In this document: positions 48,947 through 58,485 of the stretch, piece after piece
Layout: every line of letters begins with the position of its first letter
How positions within the stretch are numbered: position 1 is the first letter of the stretch
DNA from: a virus
DNA length: 64,000 nucleotides
IMG/VR virus record: IMGVR_UViG_3300032223_002658
Span: 23,472 to 87,471 of that record
Strand: one strand, 5' to 3'
The notes under the pieces: model-generated
Database searches by the model: none
What the model saw: the letters and a program-made list of their open reading frames with translations, nothing else
What the model was told of the DNA's origin: nothing
Position numbers and translations under genes: made by a program

Positions 48947-49869
48947 TTTACATTATTTCCTTTCCAAGGATATGCAAGAACGGCTTTATCTTTCATCTTT
49001 GTTTCAAACATTACATCGTAATCAACTGTATCACTTAGATCAGGCATTTTATTTATGATCCAATTGCTATGAGCTTGTGGTCGTTTGTAATCACGGCTCT
49101 CTGAGTGATGGACCTTTGGTATTTCACAAAAGCCCTGCCATGTACTGAAAGCCATGTCAGCCGCCTCAAGCAAAGATTCTTTTTTGCAGAATTGATGGTG
49201 ATGGACATCAAGCACAAGTTTGATAGTGCAATATTTTGCAATCATTTTGTACAGGTCTGTCATGGACCACATGCTCTCCTTGTCATCATTCTCAAGAGTT
49301 ATTCTCTTTTTAAGAGCATCTGGTAGACCACAGAAAACGTCAAGAAATCTTCCTGCTGTCTTGTGCTTGTCTTCGTACACGCCACCAACGTGAATGTTGA
49401 TAGCAAACTCATCGCCATATCCAAGCAAATCACCAATCAAAGAATGCATCTCAAGTGATATAACGCTCTTTGCAACAATCATTGGATCTGGTGAAGCAAT
49501 GCATGTATATGGGCCAGGATGACAAGATAGGCGCATCTGATTTTGCTTTGCAAATTGACCAGCCTCGCTCATGTTCTTGCTGATTCGATCAGAGTATTTG
49601 CTTGGAAGATCTTGAAATCTATAACCAAGAGTTGGGTGGTCCATGAAAGGAAACATCCCACTGCCGATCCTAAAGAACTTTACGCCATGATCATCGTTCC
49701 ACTTGAGTATCTTGATCAGATCTTCAGAGTTTTTTGCGGCAAGTTCTCCAGCTCTATTGATAGAGAACCCATCCATTCGGAGGGTTCTGTCTGTAAACAC
49801 CTTATCTTTTTTCTTTATGGTTTCTTGAATCGACAAATTTTGGCAAGCATATCCAATGTGTCTAATCAT
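48913..49869 (-). CDS. uvdE: UV damage endonuclease
   Basis: IGYAC, FFRIGS, SCHPG, NIHVGG, LENDD, LDVHHH, HHSE, AHS. Confidence 0.93.
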   Translation of the reverse strand: MIRHIGYACQNLSIQETIKKKDKVFTDRTLRMDGFSINRAGELAAKNSEDLIKILKWNDDHGVKFFRIGSGMFPFMDHPTLGYRFQDLPSKYSDRISKNMSEAGQFAKQNQMRLSCHPGPYTCIASPDPMIVAKSVISLEMHSLIGDLLGYGDEFAINIHVGGVYEDKHKTAGRFLDVFCGLPDALKKRITLENDDKESMWSMTDLYKMIAKYCTIKLVLDVHHHQFCKKESLLEAADMAFSTWQGFCEIPKVHHSESRDYKRPQAHSNWIINKMPDLSDTVDYDVMFETKMKDKAVLAYPWKGNNVKCMSQQSTVAI

Positions 49870-50018
49870 TTGAGATCTTCTTTACCTCGTACATTTCCTT
49901 ATGCACAGTATGATTTTTCCTAAAAGACTCTGCTTCTTTTTCTGTTTCCCAAGAAGCTATCTGTGTTCTTGACTCCATCATCCAGTCAGAGATTGTTTTG
50001 CACCACAGACCCCATTTT

Positions 50019-50249
50019 TTATTTCCAGTTTGACTCAAGATGTATTTCTCTATTTTCTGGTAGAAGACAAACATCTATAGAAAGAAATGAGACATTACTG
50101 TTCCATATCATTCTTGTTGTGTACTCATCTGAGTTCACGATATAAAGCATACATGTGCTTGAATCATAGTATGCGCTGTATTTCTGACTATCTGTTGATT
50201 CACATGAGCAAGCAATCAATGCAGCAAACACGAAATTTGTTTTCTTCAT
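50019..50249 (-). CDS. putative lipoprotein
   Basis: MKKTNFVFAALIACSC lipobox-like start, with a short h-region. Confidence 0.45.
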   Translation of the reverse strand: MKKTNFVFAALIACSCESTDSQKYSAYYDSSTCMLYIVNSDEYTTRMIWNSNVSFLSIDVCLLPENREIHLESNWK

Positions 50250-50252
50250 GAA

Positions 50253-50326
50253 TGCCTCCACAAGGATTTGAACCTTGGACCAATTGATTAAAAGTCAACT
50301 GCTCTACCAAACTGAGCTATGGAGGC
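50253..50326 (-). tRNA. tRNA-Lys(UUU)
   Basis: GCCTCCA/TGGAGGC-A, GTTGA-CTTTTAA-TCAAT, GGTTCAAATCC. Confidence 0.93.
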
Positions 50327-50330
50327 GAAA

Positions 50331-50401
50331 TGCGTAGTCCCAGTGCTGCCCTGGTTTGAGCCGATTATAAGTCGGCCTGCGAAGCTGTCCGCCCACTACG
50401 C
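50331..50401 (-). tRNA. atypical tRNA-Ile(UAU)
   Basis: Perfect GCGTAGT/ACTACGC-A acceptor and GCCGA-CTTATAA-TCGGC anticodon arm; T-loop GGCAGCA; no D-loop GG. Confidence 0.7.
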
Positions 50402-50412
50402 AAAACTAACAA

Positions 50413-50507
50413 AGCGAGGTGTGGGAATTGAACCCATTCTCAATTGCTGCTTTAAAGTCACCAATCCTATCAAGCCTCACGGTTTATCCTCCGTTGCTTG
50501 ACCTCGC
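50413..50507 (-). ncRNA. tRNA-like RNA
   Basis: GCGAGGT/ACCTCGC acceptor plus TGGG-TTCAATT-CCCA T-arm; D-arm replaced by a long hairpin. Confidence 0.6.
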
Positions 50508-50520
50508 TAACTGCACTATT

Positions 50521-51470
50521 TTAGACTTCTTGCTCAGGACTTTCTTGAGAAGCAACCGAAATTTTGCTCTTTTTGTTATTTACATGTCCTGATTCATTGA
50601 CAATGAAGTAGTTTGATTTTTGTCTGTCCTCATCATGTCCAAGCCTATAATTGATTTGATCAATACCAAAGAAAGCGATTTTTGCAAGATCAAACATTTG
50701 AATGATTGCCAATGAGATTTTCTTTGCCTTCTCTTCATCAAAAGGCAGTGGAATATCAATGTGTAGTCTGTACATCTTATGAGGACTTCTTGTATTGTGT
50801 GCTTAGCGATACGGGACCAACGCGAGCTTCAAATGCAGATTCATGCTTAGCCACAGATATACTCCAGTTGAACGGCCAGATTTGAATTGTCACAGCACAA
50901 ACATTAGTGCCAACGCCGAAACCAAAGTTAAACATTGTGATTGTTTGTAGGAATGTGTTTATTTTTTCAACCATTTTCCATCTCCTTTGTTACTTCATCT
51001 ATCTCTTCTTCTGATTGAGCGACTTCTTTGACTGCCTCTGCTGTAGCAGATACTATAGCAAGTTGATCGTCTGGATTTGCTGTACCAATAGCCTCTGCAA
51101 GAGTGGCTTTTGTAAATGCGACCAATTGTTTAATTCTGCCGCCAACTGGTTCAAAGTTTCCAGTCCCGCTTTCATCTTTATGAAGACCCTTTGGGCAATT
51201 TGATTTTGGCATCCAGAGGCGAACGGACTTGTCTTCCGCTAGTTCAACAGTTGGGTCGTATAGCGCAGCCAAATCTCGTGTTCCACAACCACAAGATCCG
51301 CAAAATCTCTTTTTGTCTCTTGGTCTTTCCTGATTGTGTTCACATCCTTCACAAGCCGTGCGTCTTTCTTTGTATACCTCAAGTGAGACACAGCCATTTT
51401 TCATTAATCCTGAAAAAGATTGAAGTAGTTGTGTCGCCTTTTCAATTGTGAATTGATTTTGCTCAGACAT
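50521..51470 (-). CDS. three hypothetical genes (50521-50775, 50777-50974, 50967-51470 Cys-rich)
   Basis: CEGC..CGSCGC..CPKG in the third gene. Confidence 0.6.
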
Positions 51471-51480
51471 TCTATCTATT

Positions 51481-52449
51481 TTAGCAACTAGCGCACTTCT
51501 TTAAAAGATTCCATAAAAAATACTTGTTAACTTCATAAACATTGTGACCAGAAAAGTTCGCAATTGCTCCAGAGAAACAAGATATATTTGTTGGAAATGC
51601 ACAGGCTGATCCACCACAAGCAGTGACTGTAGATGGACACAAAGATGTTGTGGTCAAAGATGAGTTCCAGGCAAACATGTTTCTATCACCAAGATACATT
51701 ACATATCCAAGACCTATTTGTTCATATGCAAACGGTCTTATTGTTGCGGATGTGGTTCCGCATGTTCCGGGAGATATTGATGTAAATGTAGCTGATATGG
51801 TATCTGTTAAAGATATTCCACCGCTTGAGTGTCCAACACCAAAAGCTGAAATCCAAACTTCTGGCTGGTCATCTGATTGAATGAATATTGAACCAGAAGA
51901 ATCTGTTGTATTTACTTTTTTAACAGAGTATCTTACTATTGTGCTTCCGCTACAAGTGCACCCTAAAGAATTTTGAGAGCAAGTTGTTTGATTTCCAGTA
52001 GCAATATCAGCTAATATTGTGAGTCCAGATGAAGATCCAGATCTACATGCCGCCAAAGTTGTATTCATTGTAGATATTTCTGAATCAATTAATACACCTC
52101 TTGTTACTCCACCAGTGCCAGATCTAGTAACGCTATCTCCTACTGCTACAACTTTTCCTCCATTTGACACATACTCAGATAGCGCTGTCTGTAGAGAGTT
52201 TGCATCATTCAAACCTATGTAACTATCATATGATGGGTATAGAGCGTCTGTTTGGGTGTTTGCATTTGCAAGAGCAAGAACACCAAAGAAAACAACAGAG
52301 CATGAAATAAGAGTTTCTTTATCAGTGACTCTTACTACTTCAGCTTTTCCTTCGTACATTTTTTCAAAGTCTTTGTACGCGCTGTTGTATGTTGTTGCGT
52401 TACACAACAATCCTACTCTATCGCAGCAACAAGCTCTCCATCCTGTCAT
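51481..52449 (-). CDS. Cys-rich protein with ACCC N-terminus and alpha/beta domain
   Basis: MTGWRACCC; YVSNGGKVVAVGD..GYVMYLGDRNMF; GTGTAT at 52458-52463. Confidence 0.7.
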   Translation of the reverse strand: MTGWRACCCDRVGLLCNATTYNSAYKDFEKMYEGKAEVVRVTDKETLISCSVVFFGVLALANANTQTDALYPSYDSYIGLNDANSLQTALSEYVSNGGKVVAVGDSVTRSGTGGVTRGVLIDSEISTMNTTLAACRSGSSSGLTILADIATGNQTTCSQNSLGCTCSGSTIVRYSVKKVNTTDSSGSIFIQSDDQPEVWISAFGVGHSSGGISLTDTISATFTSISPGTCGTTSATIRPFAYEQIGLGYVMYLGDRNMFAWNSSLTTTSLCPSTVTACGGSACAFPTNISCFSGAIANFSGHNVYEVNKYFLWNLLKKCASC

Positions 52450-52451
52450 AT

Positions 52452-53079
52452 TTACATATACACTACATCTTCTGCGTAAATTCCATCAGCCAAAAAGAAA
52501 ACGCTTTTAGCTGAAAAAACTTTTTTATCTGGTGATCCAACGACATAAAAAGAATCGCAAAGATATGGATTATAAGAAACTTTTATGAGGTTGTCAGATT
52601 CAGGAATTGAGGATCTTTGGAAATTACCGCGAATTCCTGCGTGTACGTTCTTTCTTTTTTCTCTCAGTACGCGATCTCTTCCAGATGAAGAAACCTTGAA
52701 AACTGCATTATTGACTGAAAATCCATCATTCAAGTGTGCAAATACTATTCCTCGTTTGTTGCCGCGAATTGAATAGCATCGTAGATGAAGATTCCTATAG
52801 ACAAAAACGCTGAGTCCTTCAATTCTGTTATCATCCAAAACTAGTGTCATTGTCAACTCCAAGCTCAATTGTTAAAACGAGATGGGCTATCTGACTGAGT
52901 TCAACAGGAGTATCACCATAGTGCTGCATGATCCATTCAAATGCTGATTTAACAGAGCTGAAATACTCTTTTCCATCACCAATGAATTCATCTCCAATCA
53001 GAAGAACATATTTTCCATCTCCTGCGTAATCAATTTGAAGACTCTCTTTCGTATTAAGCATATTCATGCCAACCCTCAT
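52452..53079 (-). CDS. two hypothetical phage genes (52452-52868, 52831-53079)
   Basis: VYRNLH..GRDRVLREKRKNVHA..YNPY is a motif set common in phages. Confidence 0.65.
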
Positions 53080-53530
53080 CTGAAGTATAGATTACTCGTC
53101 TGATTTCTGGACACGCCAAGATCAACTTTTGGCATGAAACACACGGTTTTGAGTTTCTAAGTACTGGGCTACCCTTTGTCAAAGAAGTCGAACTTAGACG
53201 AATGTTGACAAGTGTTGCATTGTAAAAATCATTGCTTTTCTTTGCCCTCAGTATCGCTGAAAGCTCAGAGTGCATAGTGCTGAATCTGCAATTAAACTTT
53301 TGAGCCAGCGGATGCGTCTGCATACTCCTGTTTACACCAAGAGCAATTATCTTGCTTCGTCGCAAAACAAAAGACACATGCTTTGAATCAGAGTCAATGC
53401 CCTCAATAAGAGACATTGAAATATCAATGCATTTGCTGAGCCTGCCAATCATTGCGGGATCAGTAAGCAGATTAGCACCACTATTTTTGTTATTAGGGTT
53501 CACTTGGCTCATGAAAATCATCGCAAACAA
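53054..53530 (-). CDS. cytidine/dCMP deaminase-fold protein
   Basis: HSE and SKPCVSC Zn motifs; start probably internal. Confidence 0.8.
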   Translation of the reverse strand: MFAMIFMSQVNPNNKNSGANLLTDPAMIGRLSKCIDISMSLIEGIDSDSKHVSFVLRRSKIIALGVNRSMQTHPLAQKFNCRFSTMHSELSAILRAKKSNDFYNATLVNIRLSSTSLTKGSPVLRNSKPCVSCQKLILACPEIRRVIYTSDEGWHEYA

Positions 53531-53944
53531 TAAACTTATAATCTTCCTCTATCTCACCAACACTTTGAAGCCTGTAGTACTCCCATACTGGTCCAGAAGA
53601 GCAGTTCCATTCCCAAAGAACGGATCTCATCACATTGATTTTAACTTCTAGCTCATTGATATATCGCATCACTTCTTCTGGATTTGAAAGATTTAAGTTG
53701 AACTTGCGTAGATCAACGGTGTTTTCTTTGCCCATGTCGTTCTCCATTAGTCTTCCTTGATTTCAAAAACAATGTGTGAATTTTCTGGCAGATCACTTAG
53801 ATCGCATTCATCATCAAGAATGCACTGCTTCAGGCGGGTCGAATCCTGCATTCTGGAACGCTCAACATCATTAAAGTGTTGCTCGTCTTCACGATAAGCG
53901 TACAAATAGCCGTCGATATTCTGAATGATTAGAAAGCTTTTCAT
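53493..53944 (-). CDS. two small hypothetical genes (53493-53747, 53747-53944)
   Basis: TAATG coupling; AAGGA Shine-Dalgarno. Confidence 0.55.
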
Positions 53945-53971
53945 TTTGTGTATATTCCTTTGAGGACTTTT

Positions 53972-53998
53972 GGGGAGCTGGATACGCTCCAGCCCCCC
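53972..53998. terminator. GC hairpin after the DUF932-like gene
   Basis: GGGGAGCTGGA-TACGC-TCCAGCCCCCC. Confidence 0.55.
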
Positions 53999-54020
53999 CC
54001 GTAGTCGGTTAAATTAAAAA

Positions 54021-55019
54021 TCAGACGAGAGCCAGAGCAGCGTTAAAAGCATGTCGCTTCTTTGCTGCACCAGAAGACATGAGAACGCTGTACATGCGAT
54101 TGTTTGCACGATCAGTGTCATCAGTTCCCTTAGTGCTACGCTGGTGGTCAACAAACTTCGTGACAGCATTGAATGCTGCCCATGCGGTTCCTTCAATCTG
54201 TGCAAATTCAGTCTCAGCCCAATTGCTGTAAATCTGATCGCGCATGTTCTCAGTGCGAGTGTTGTTCTTGGCATTGTCATTGTCAGGGAACAGAGACTCA
54301 ATATACGACTTGAGTTCAGTCTTGCTGAGTTGACGATTGGCAAGAGCATTCATCTGCTCCGAGTATTCAACAACCTGATTGTTCACGATGCTGAGACGCT
54401 CACGGGCAATGTCAATCTTCGTTGACATGTTCTTGGTGTGACGCATCTTGATGCCGTTCTCAATTGAGAAATCGCGCATCGCAAGGGTGAAAGTGTTGTT
54501 GCAAACGACACGAACCAGAGTGGGCATCATCGTTACGCTCATGCTGCCATCGTGTGAAGTTGCAAGCATGACATACGCATTGGTAACATCGTCGGTCTTA
54601 CCAACGCGCAGCTCAGATGGAAGCTTGGCAAGAATCCAAACGATTCGTCCACCGTGAAGAGCGCCGGCGGTTTCGTAGATTGCAAGCTTCTCTCCGACAA
54701 CATTGTCAAAGAACTCAAAGGCTTCGCTGTTCTGGAAGATCTTGTAGTTCTTGCCAACGACACCAAGAACACCATTCGTGTCGCCACGAACAACAGCAAA
54801 GTTTTCTGGAACATCAATCTTGTTGCCATCGCCATCAATGGTCCAAAGAGGAGTCTTGAAGAGTGAATAATCAAGTCCTGCGTACTTGATGGCATCAGCA
54901 GATGTGGCTGCGTCTTCCTGAATCACAGTGCCAAGGCCATGCCAAGGAACCATGCCGCGAGAAGAGAACATAGCAGCCTTACCAGAAGTCGTATCAATCT
55001 TGTGGCATTCAGTCGTCAT
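54021..55019 (-). CDS. DUF932/DUF945-type phage-plasmid protein
   Basis: PWHGLG, YKIFQN, ETAGAL..GR, SHDGS, RVVCNNT, GTAWAAFNAVT. Confidence 0.88.
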   Translation of the reverse strand: MTTECHKIDTTSGKAAMFSSRGMVPWHGLGTVIQEDAATSADAIKYAGLDYSLFKTPLWTIDGDGNKIDVPENFAVVRGDTNGVLGVVGKNYKIFQNSEAFEFFDNVVGEKLAIYETAGALHGGRIVWILAKLPSELRVGKTDDVTNAYVMLATSHDGSMSVTMMPTLVRVVCNNTFTLAMRDFSIENGIKMRHTKNMSTKIDIARERLSIVNNQVVEYSEQMNALANRQLSKTELKSYIESLFPDNDNAKNNTRTENMRDQIYSNWAETEFAQIEGTAWAAFNAVTKFVDHQRSTKGTDDTDRANNRMYSVLMSSGAAKKRHAFNAALALV

Positions 55020-55042
55020 TGCGTAAATCCTTCATACGGTTC

Positions 55043-55082
55043 GGGGGGAGTGGCATGTGGAACGTCCACCACCACTCCCCCC
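55043..55082. terminator. long GC hairpin between rIIB and the DUF932-like gene
   Basis: GGGGGGAGTGG..GTGG-AACGT-CCAC..CCACTCCCCCC. Confidence 0.55.
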
Positions 55083-55128
55083 ATGCGTAATTCTAGCTAT
55101 GATATTCTGTTTTTTCTATGTCTGATTG

Positions 55129-55995
55129 TCAGGACTTGTAGTAATTGTAATAGTTGTTGTTCTTGCACTTATTGCCATAGCAATCATCGTGGCAATCATC
55201 GTCGTAACCGGTGTCTTCGTCGCTGTCGTATTCGTCTTCTTCCCAGTTGAAATCGCTGCCATCAACAGCATAGCATGGATTGTTCAACTGCTCCTTGAAC
55301 TCCGAAAGAACGACATATTCGCAGCAGCGCAGCTTGCGACTGTCTTCGGAAGGAACGGAAACAACATCACTAGGATTGATCTTGACGATCAGGAACTTGG
55401 AGTCAGAATTTCCATAGCCTCTGACATAGTCAAGACTGCCAGCGTGAAGACCGAACGAGCATCCTCGGTTGCAATCGTCGTCAACCTTCGGACGAGGCAT
55501 CATGACACGAGTTCCAATTCCATTATAGAACTTTCCGCTGTAGATATCAAAGTAATCGCTACGAACAGCCTTGTAAGCCAGGAAGTGACCGTCTTCGGTG
55601 ATTGGAAGACCTTCATGCTCAAGGAAGTTGTAGAGTTCATTGCGAGAACGGAAAGATGGATTCTGCATCATGTTGTCAATGAAACGAACAAGCGGTTCAA
55701 ATGGAAGACCGTCACGCATGAACTGGAAGATACGATCAACAACAAGACCATGCATGACCTCATTGTCATAATACAGCGCACCGTTTGCCACACGGACGCG
55801 ACCATTGCTGGAGATGTAATCACGGATGGCATTCTCAATGTTGATCATCTTGTTGAGATTTGCCCAGTCCTTGTTCTTGATTGCTTCGATACACTTGTTA
55901 AAGTTTGGATGATCACGGTTGATCATCTTGGGGGCTTCGCCAACAAAGACAACGGTGATGCTGTTTGCGGTGCAGATAAGAGATGGAGTTTGCAT
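55129..55995 (-). CDS. rIIB: RIIB-like protein
   Basis: NPS..ELYNFL..ITEDGHFLAYK, MPR..VDDD..CSFGLH, DVVSVP, KLRCCEY. Confidence 0.9.
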   Translation of the reverse strand: MQTPSLICTANSITVVFVGEAPKMINRDHPNFNKCIEAIKNKDWANLNKMINIENAIRDYISSNGRVRVANGALYYDNEVMHGLVVDRIFQFMRDGLPFEPLVRFIDNMMQNPSFRSRNELYNFLEHEGLPITEDGHFLAYKAVRSDYFDIYSGKFYNGIGTRVMMPRPKVDDDCNRGCSFGLHAGSLDYVRGYGNSDSKFLIVKINPSDVVSVPSEDSRKLRCCEYVVLSEFKEQLNNPCYAVDGSDFNWEEDEYDSDEDTGYDDDCHDDCYGNKCKNNNYYNYYKS

Positions 55996-56014
55996 TGTGG
56001 TTCTTTCTTTCGTA

Positions 56015-58156
56015 TCAGAGCTTGATGATGCAGTCGATGATGTTGTTGAGTACAGAAACGTCTTGTGGGAAACCGCGAATGTATGAAATTACTGGATGCT
56101 TTACTTCCATTGCTTCAAAGGCTTTTCTGAGTTCTGAAGTCTCCTTGTGTTCTGACTTGGTTGATTCCATGAAACTTGGAATGTACCTTGTGATCTCAGA
56201 GATAGCATTATAGTGCTTACCATGAGAATTGTTCTTGTTGTTTTCTACAAATTTCTTTACTTCAATCCAGAGTCTGATAATTTCCTTGAGTTCGTCACTC
56301 TTGACTTCGGACTGTCTTGTTACAAGAATGTCTAGCATCTTCTTGGAAAAGATGCCCATTCCATAATAGCAGTTGAGATCCGTCATTAGCTTGTTGGCGT
56401 GATTGGCTTCACAACTGATTCGTGCCTGAGTGCATGACAAAACCTTTTGAGTCATGTAATCATCAATGTTCTGCCAGTTCTTTCCAAGCTTTTCACAGTC
56501 AGCAGCCTTGAAGCAAGGAATTGCATCGCAACTGATTGACTCGCCAGTGAGCTTGTTAAAGTTGCTAATCAGCTCAATGAAATCTCTGCAATTAACACGA
56601 GATCCATTGAACGTAACCAGAAATCCGTCGATCTTCATGTAAAGACCACCAGACTTTTTGTTGCAGGAACCCTTCAGGAAGTTTTCAGACATCACGCCAT
56701 ACGAACGCACATCATTTCGCTTCTTCATGTAGAAGCAGTTCGTAGTTACGACATTTGCATCTCGCTTCTTCCTTTCAGCAACAGGAGGATCAGGAAGATC
56801 ACTTGCCTTCTTGAACATGTCAACGGATAGACACCGTTCCTTCAGCCATTCTTCATATGAATTTGTCTTGCCATCGTGATCGACATAATTTGTAAACTGC
56901 AACAGAAGACATTGCTTATCATTTGTGACAGCATAATGCTGAACACGCTGATAATTCTTTGCACTGCCATCATTAATAAAGATGTTATCTGGTTCGACTC
57001 CCTTTGACTGATGAGTCAAGAAGATGGATTGAACGCTTTCACTCTTTACCGATGGAGAGTAAAGTCTTGCTTTGCAGTAATTTGGAGAAAGATCAAGCAC
57101 AGATGAGTCAATAGATACATTGCCCCACTTGAGCTTTGAACCGACAACATAATTAACTGCGCGGTTCAGCCTTGAAAATTCTCTCTTGGCTTCAAGAATG
57201 TTCTTGCACTTTCCAATTTGTTCATTGGCTGACTTCAAGATCTGCTTTTCGATCTTATCAAGACGGGAGATAATTGCCTTCTTCGTCTCTGTGTTATATT
57301 CAAGCTCCTCACGATTTGCTGAAATGCTGAGTTCTCCAATCTCAAACTCAACGCAAATTGGGCATCTGAGAACAGCATAAGAATTGCGATTATCAGTAAT
57401 GCTTGATTCATTCACAGGATAACCGATGTTACCCATTACGAATGTTGCATTGCTGTGATAATAACCACTAAGTTCACCGTCATAAATCTTCCATCCATCT
57501 CCAGAAAGAATAACCGCTTCATCAGATTGGAACTTGGCGGAAATATTCAGGACATTTGGCTTGACCTTGAAATGCTTTACACACTTCTTGATTGAGTTCT
57601 CAAACGATGTAATATCTACGACATTTGCTGGAATGATGATCTCAATTCCATTCAGCTCTTCAGTCTTGCTTTCTGCAATCTTTGCGATTGAGCCAAGTCT
57701 GGTTTCATCAATGTATGCGGTATACGTATGCTTGATGCCATCCTTGTAGGAGACGATTGTGAACGAGTCGCCATATGCAAAACCGCTCTTGGAACCAAGA
57801 CCAAGCTGACCAGTATACTCATTGCTGTTTCGCTTGGTACTTCTTCCATACATGCAGTAAACATTCCTGATTTCGTCTTCACTAAGACCGCGACCGAAGT
57901 CACGAACCTTGAATTCAGGAACCATCTTTGTCGGACAAGTGATGACAACGGGAGTGTCTCGCTTGCCATTTTCTGTATTTGCATCAGCGGCATTGGTTGA
58001 ATACTCTCTTACGACAGCATCAATCTTGTTTGAATAAAGCTTGCTGCGAAGAATGTCGAAGATGTAAACAAGATCTTCAGATGAAGAAATACCGAAACTG
58101 CTTTCGGTAAATGTGCCAACGCGATCAATCTTTGGTTGTGCAATGTTTGAAATCAT
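56015..58156 (-). CDS. rIIA: RIIA-like protein (GHKL ATPase N-terminus)
   Basis: LYSNK..VREYSTNAADA, VRDFGRGL, STKR, GLGSKS, SANREEL. Confidence 0.9.
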   Translation of the reverse strand: MISNIAQPKIDRVGTFTESSFGISSSEDLVYIFDILRSKLYSNKIDAVVREYSTNAADANTENGKRDTPVVITCPTKMVPEFKVRDFGRGLSEDEIRNVYCMYGRSTKRNSNEYTGQLGLGSKSGFAYGDSFTIVSYKDGIKHTYTAYIDETRLGSIAKIAESKTEELNGIEIIIPANVVDITSFENSIKKCVKHFKVKPNVLNISAKFQSDEAVILSGDGWKIYDGELSGYYHSNATFVMGNIGYPVNESSITDNRNSYAVLRCPICVEFEIGELSISANREELEYNTETKKAIISRLDKIEKQILKSANEQIGKCKNILEAKREFSRLNRAVNYVVGSKLKWGNVSIDSSVLDLSPNYCKARLYSPSVKSESVQSIFLTHQSKGVEPDNIFINDGSAKNYQRVQHYAVTNDKQCLLLQFTNYVDHDGKTNSYEEWLKERCLSVDMFKKASDLPDPPVAERKKRDANVVTTNCFYMKKRNDVRSYGVMSENFLKGSCNKKSGGLYMKIDGFLVTFNGSRVNCRDFIELISNFNKLTGESISCDAIPCFKAADCEKLGKNWQNIDDYMTQKVLSCTQARISCEANHANKLMTDLNCYYGMGIFSKKMLDILVTRQSEVKSDELKEIIRLWIEVKKFVENNKNNSHGKHYNAISEITRYIPSFMESTKSEHKETSELRKAFEAMEVKHPVISYIRGFPQDVSVLNNIIDCIIKL

Positions 58157-58470
58157 GTTTGTGTGTTCGTAAAGGCCTGTGAGGTATTAGAAACGATCAT
58201 AGCTTGTTTTGAAGATACGGTATTGATTGATGATGATGAGTTTAGTACTGCAAGTCTGACACTTGTTTGTGTGTTAGCATCTGTTTGAGTTGTAACAGAG
58301 TCAACAATCTCCAACTGTATTCCGTTTGCTATTGATACTAATGCCTGATCTTTTGCGGCAGATCTAAACGATGTATATGTTTTTGCTTTTCCAACCGTAC
58401 TAAGAGTTGATCCAGTCCAGAAAAGACCTAATGTTTTGTCAGAGTTGACCTGTCTCAATTGTAGTGCCAT
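58153..58470 (-). CDS. hypothetical protein with its own GTGTAT motif
   Basis: atacac 58481-58486, 16 nt before ATG 58470. Confidence 0.6.
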   Translation of the reverse strand: MALQLRQVNSDKTLGLFWTGSTLSTVGKAKTYTSFRSAAKDQALVSIANGIQLEIVDSVTTQTDANTQTSVRLAVLNSSSSINTVSSKQAMIVSNTSQAFTNTQT

Positions 58471-58485
58471 ACACACAAATATACA

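Noticed and set aside
50319-50501. Track ORFs overlapping tRNA genes (also 47637-47951)
   Set aside because: They are explained by RNA genes on the opposite strand
55126-56025. 299-aa plus-strand ORF opposite rIIB, and similar ORFs at 54-55 kb
   Set aside because: Antisense shadows caused by codon bias; the hydrophobic start mirrors the acidic tail of rIIB
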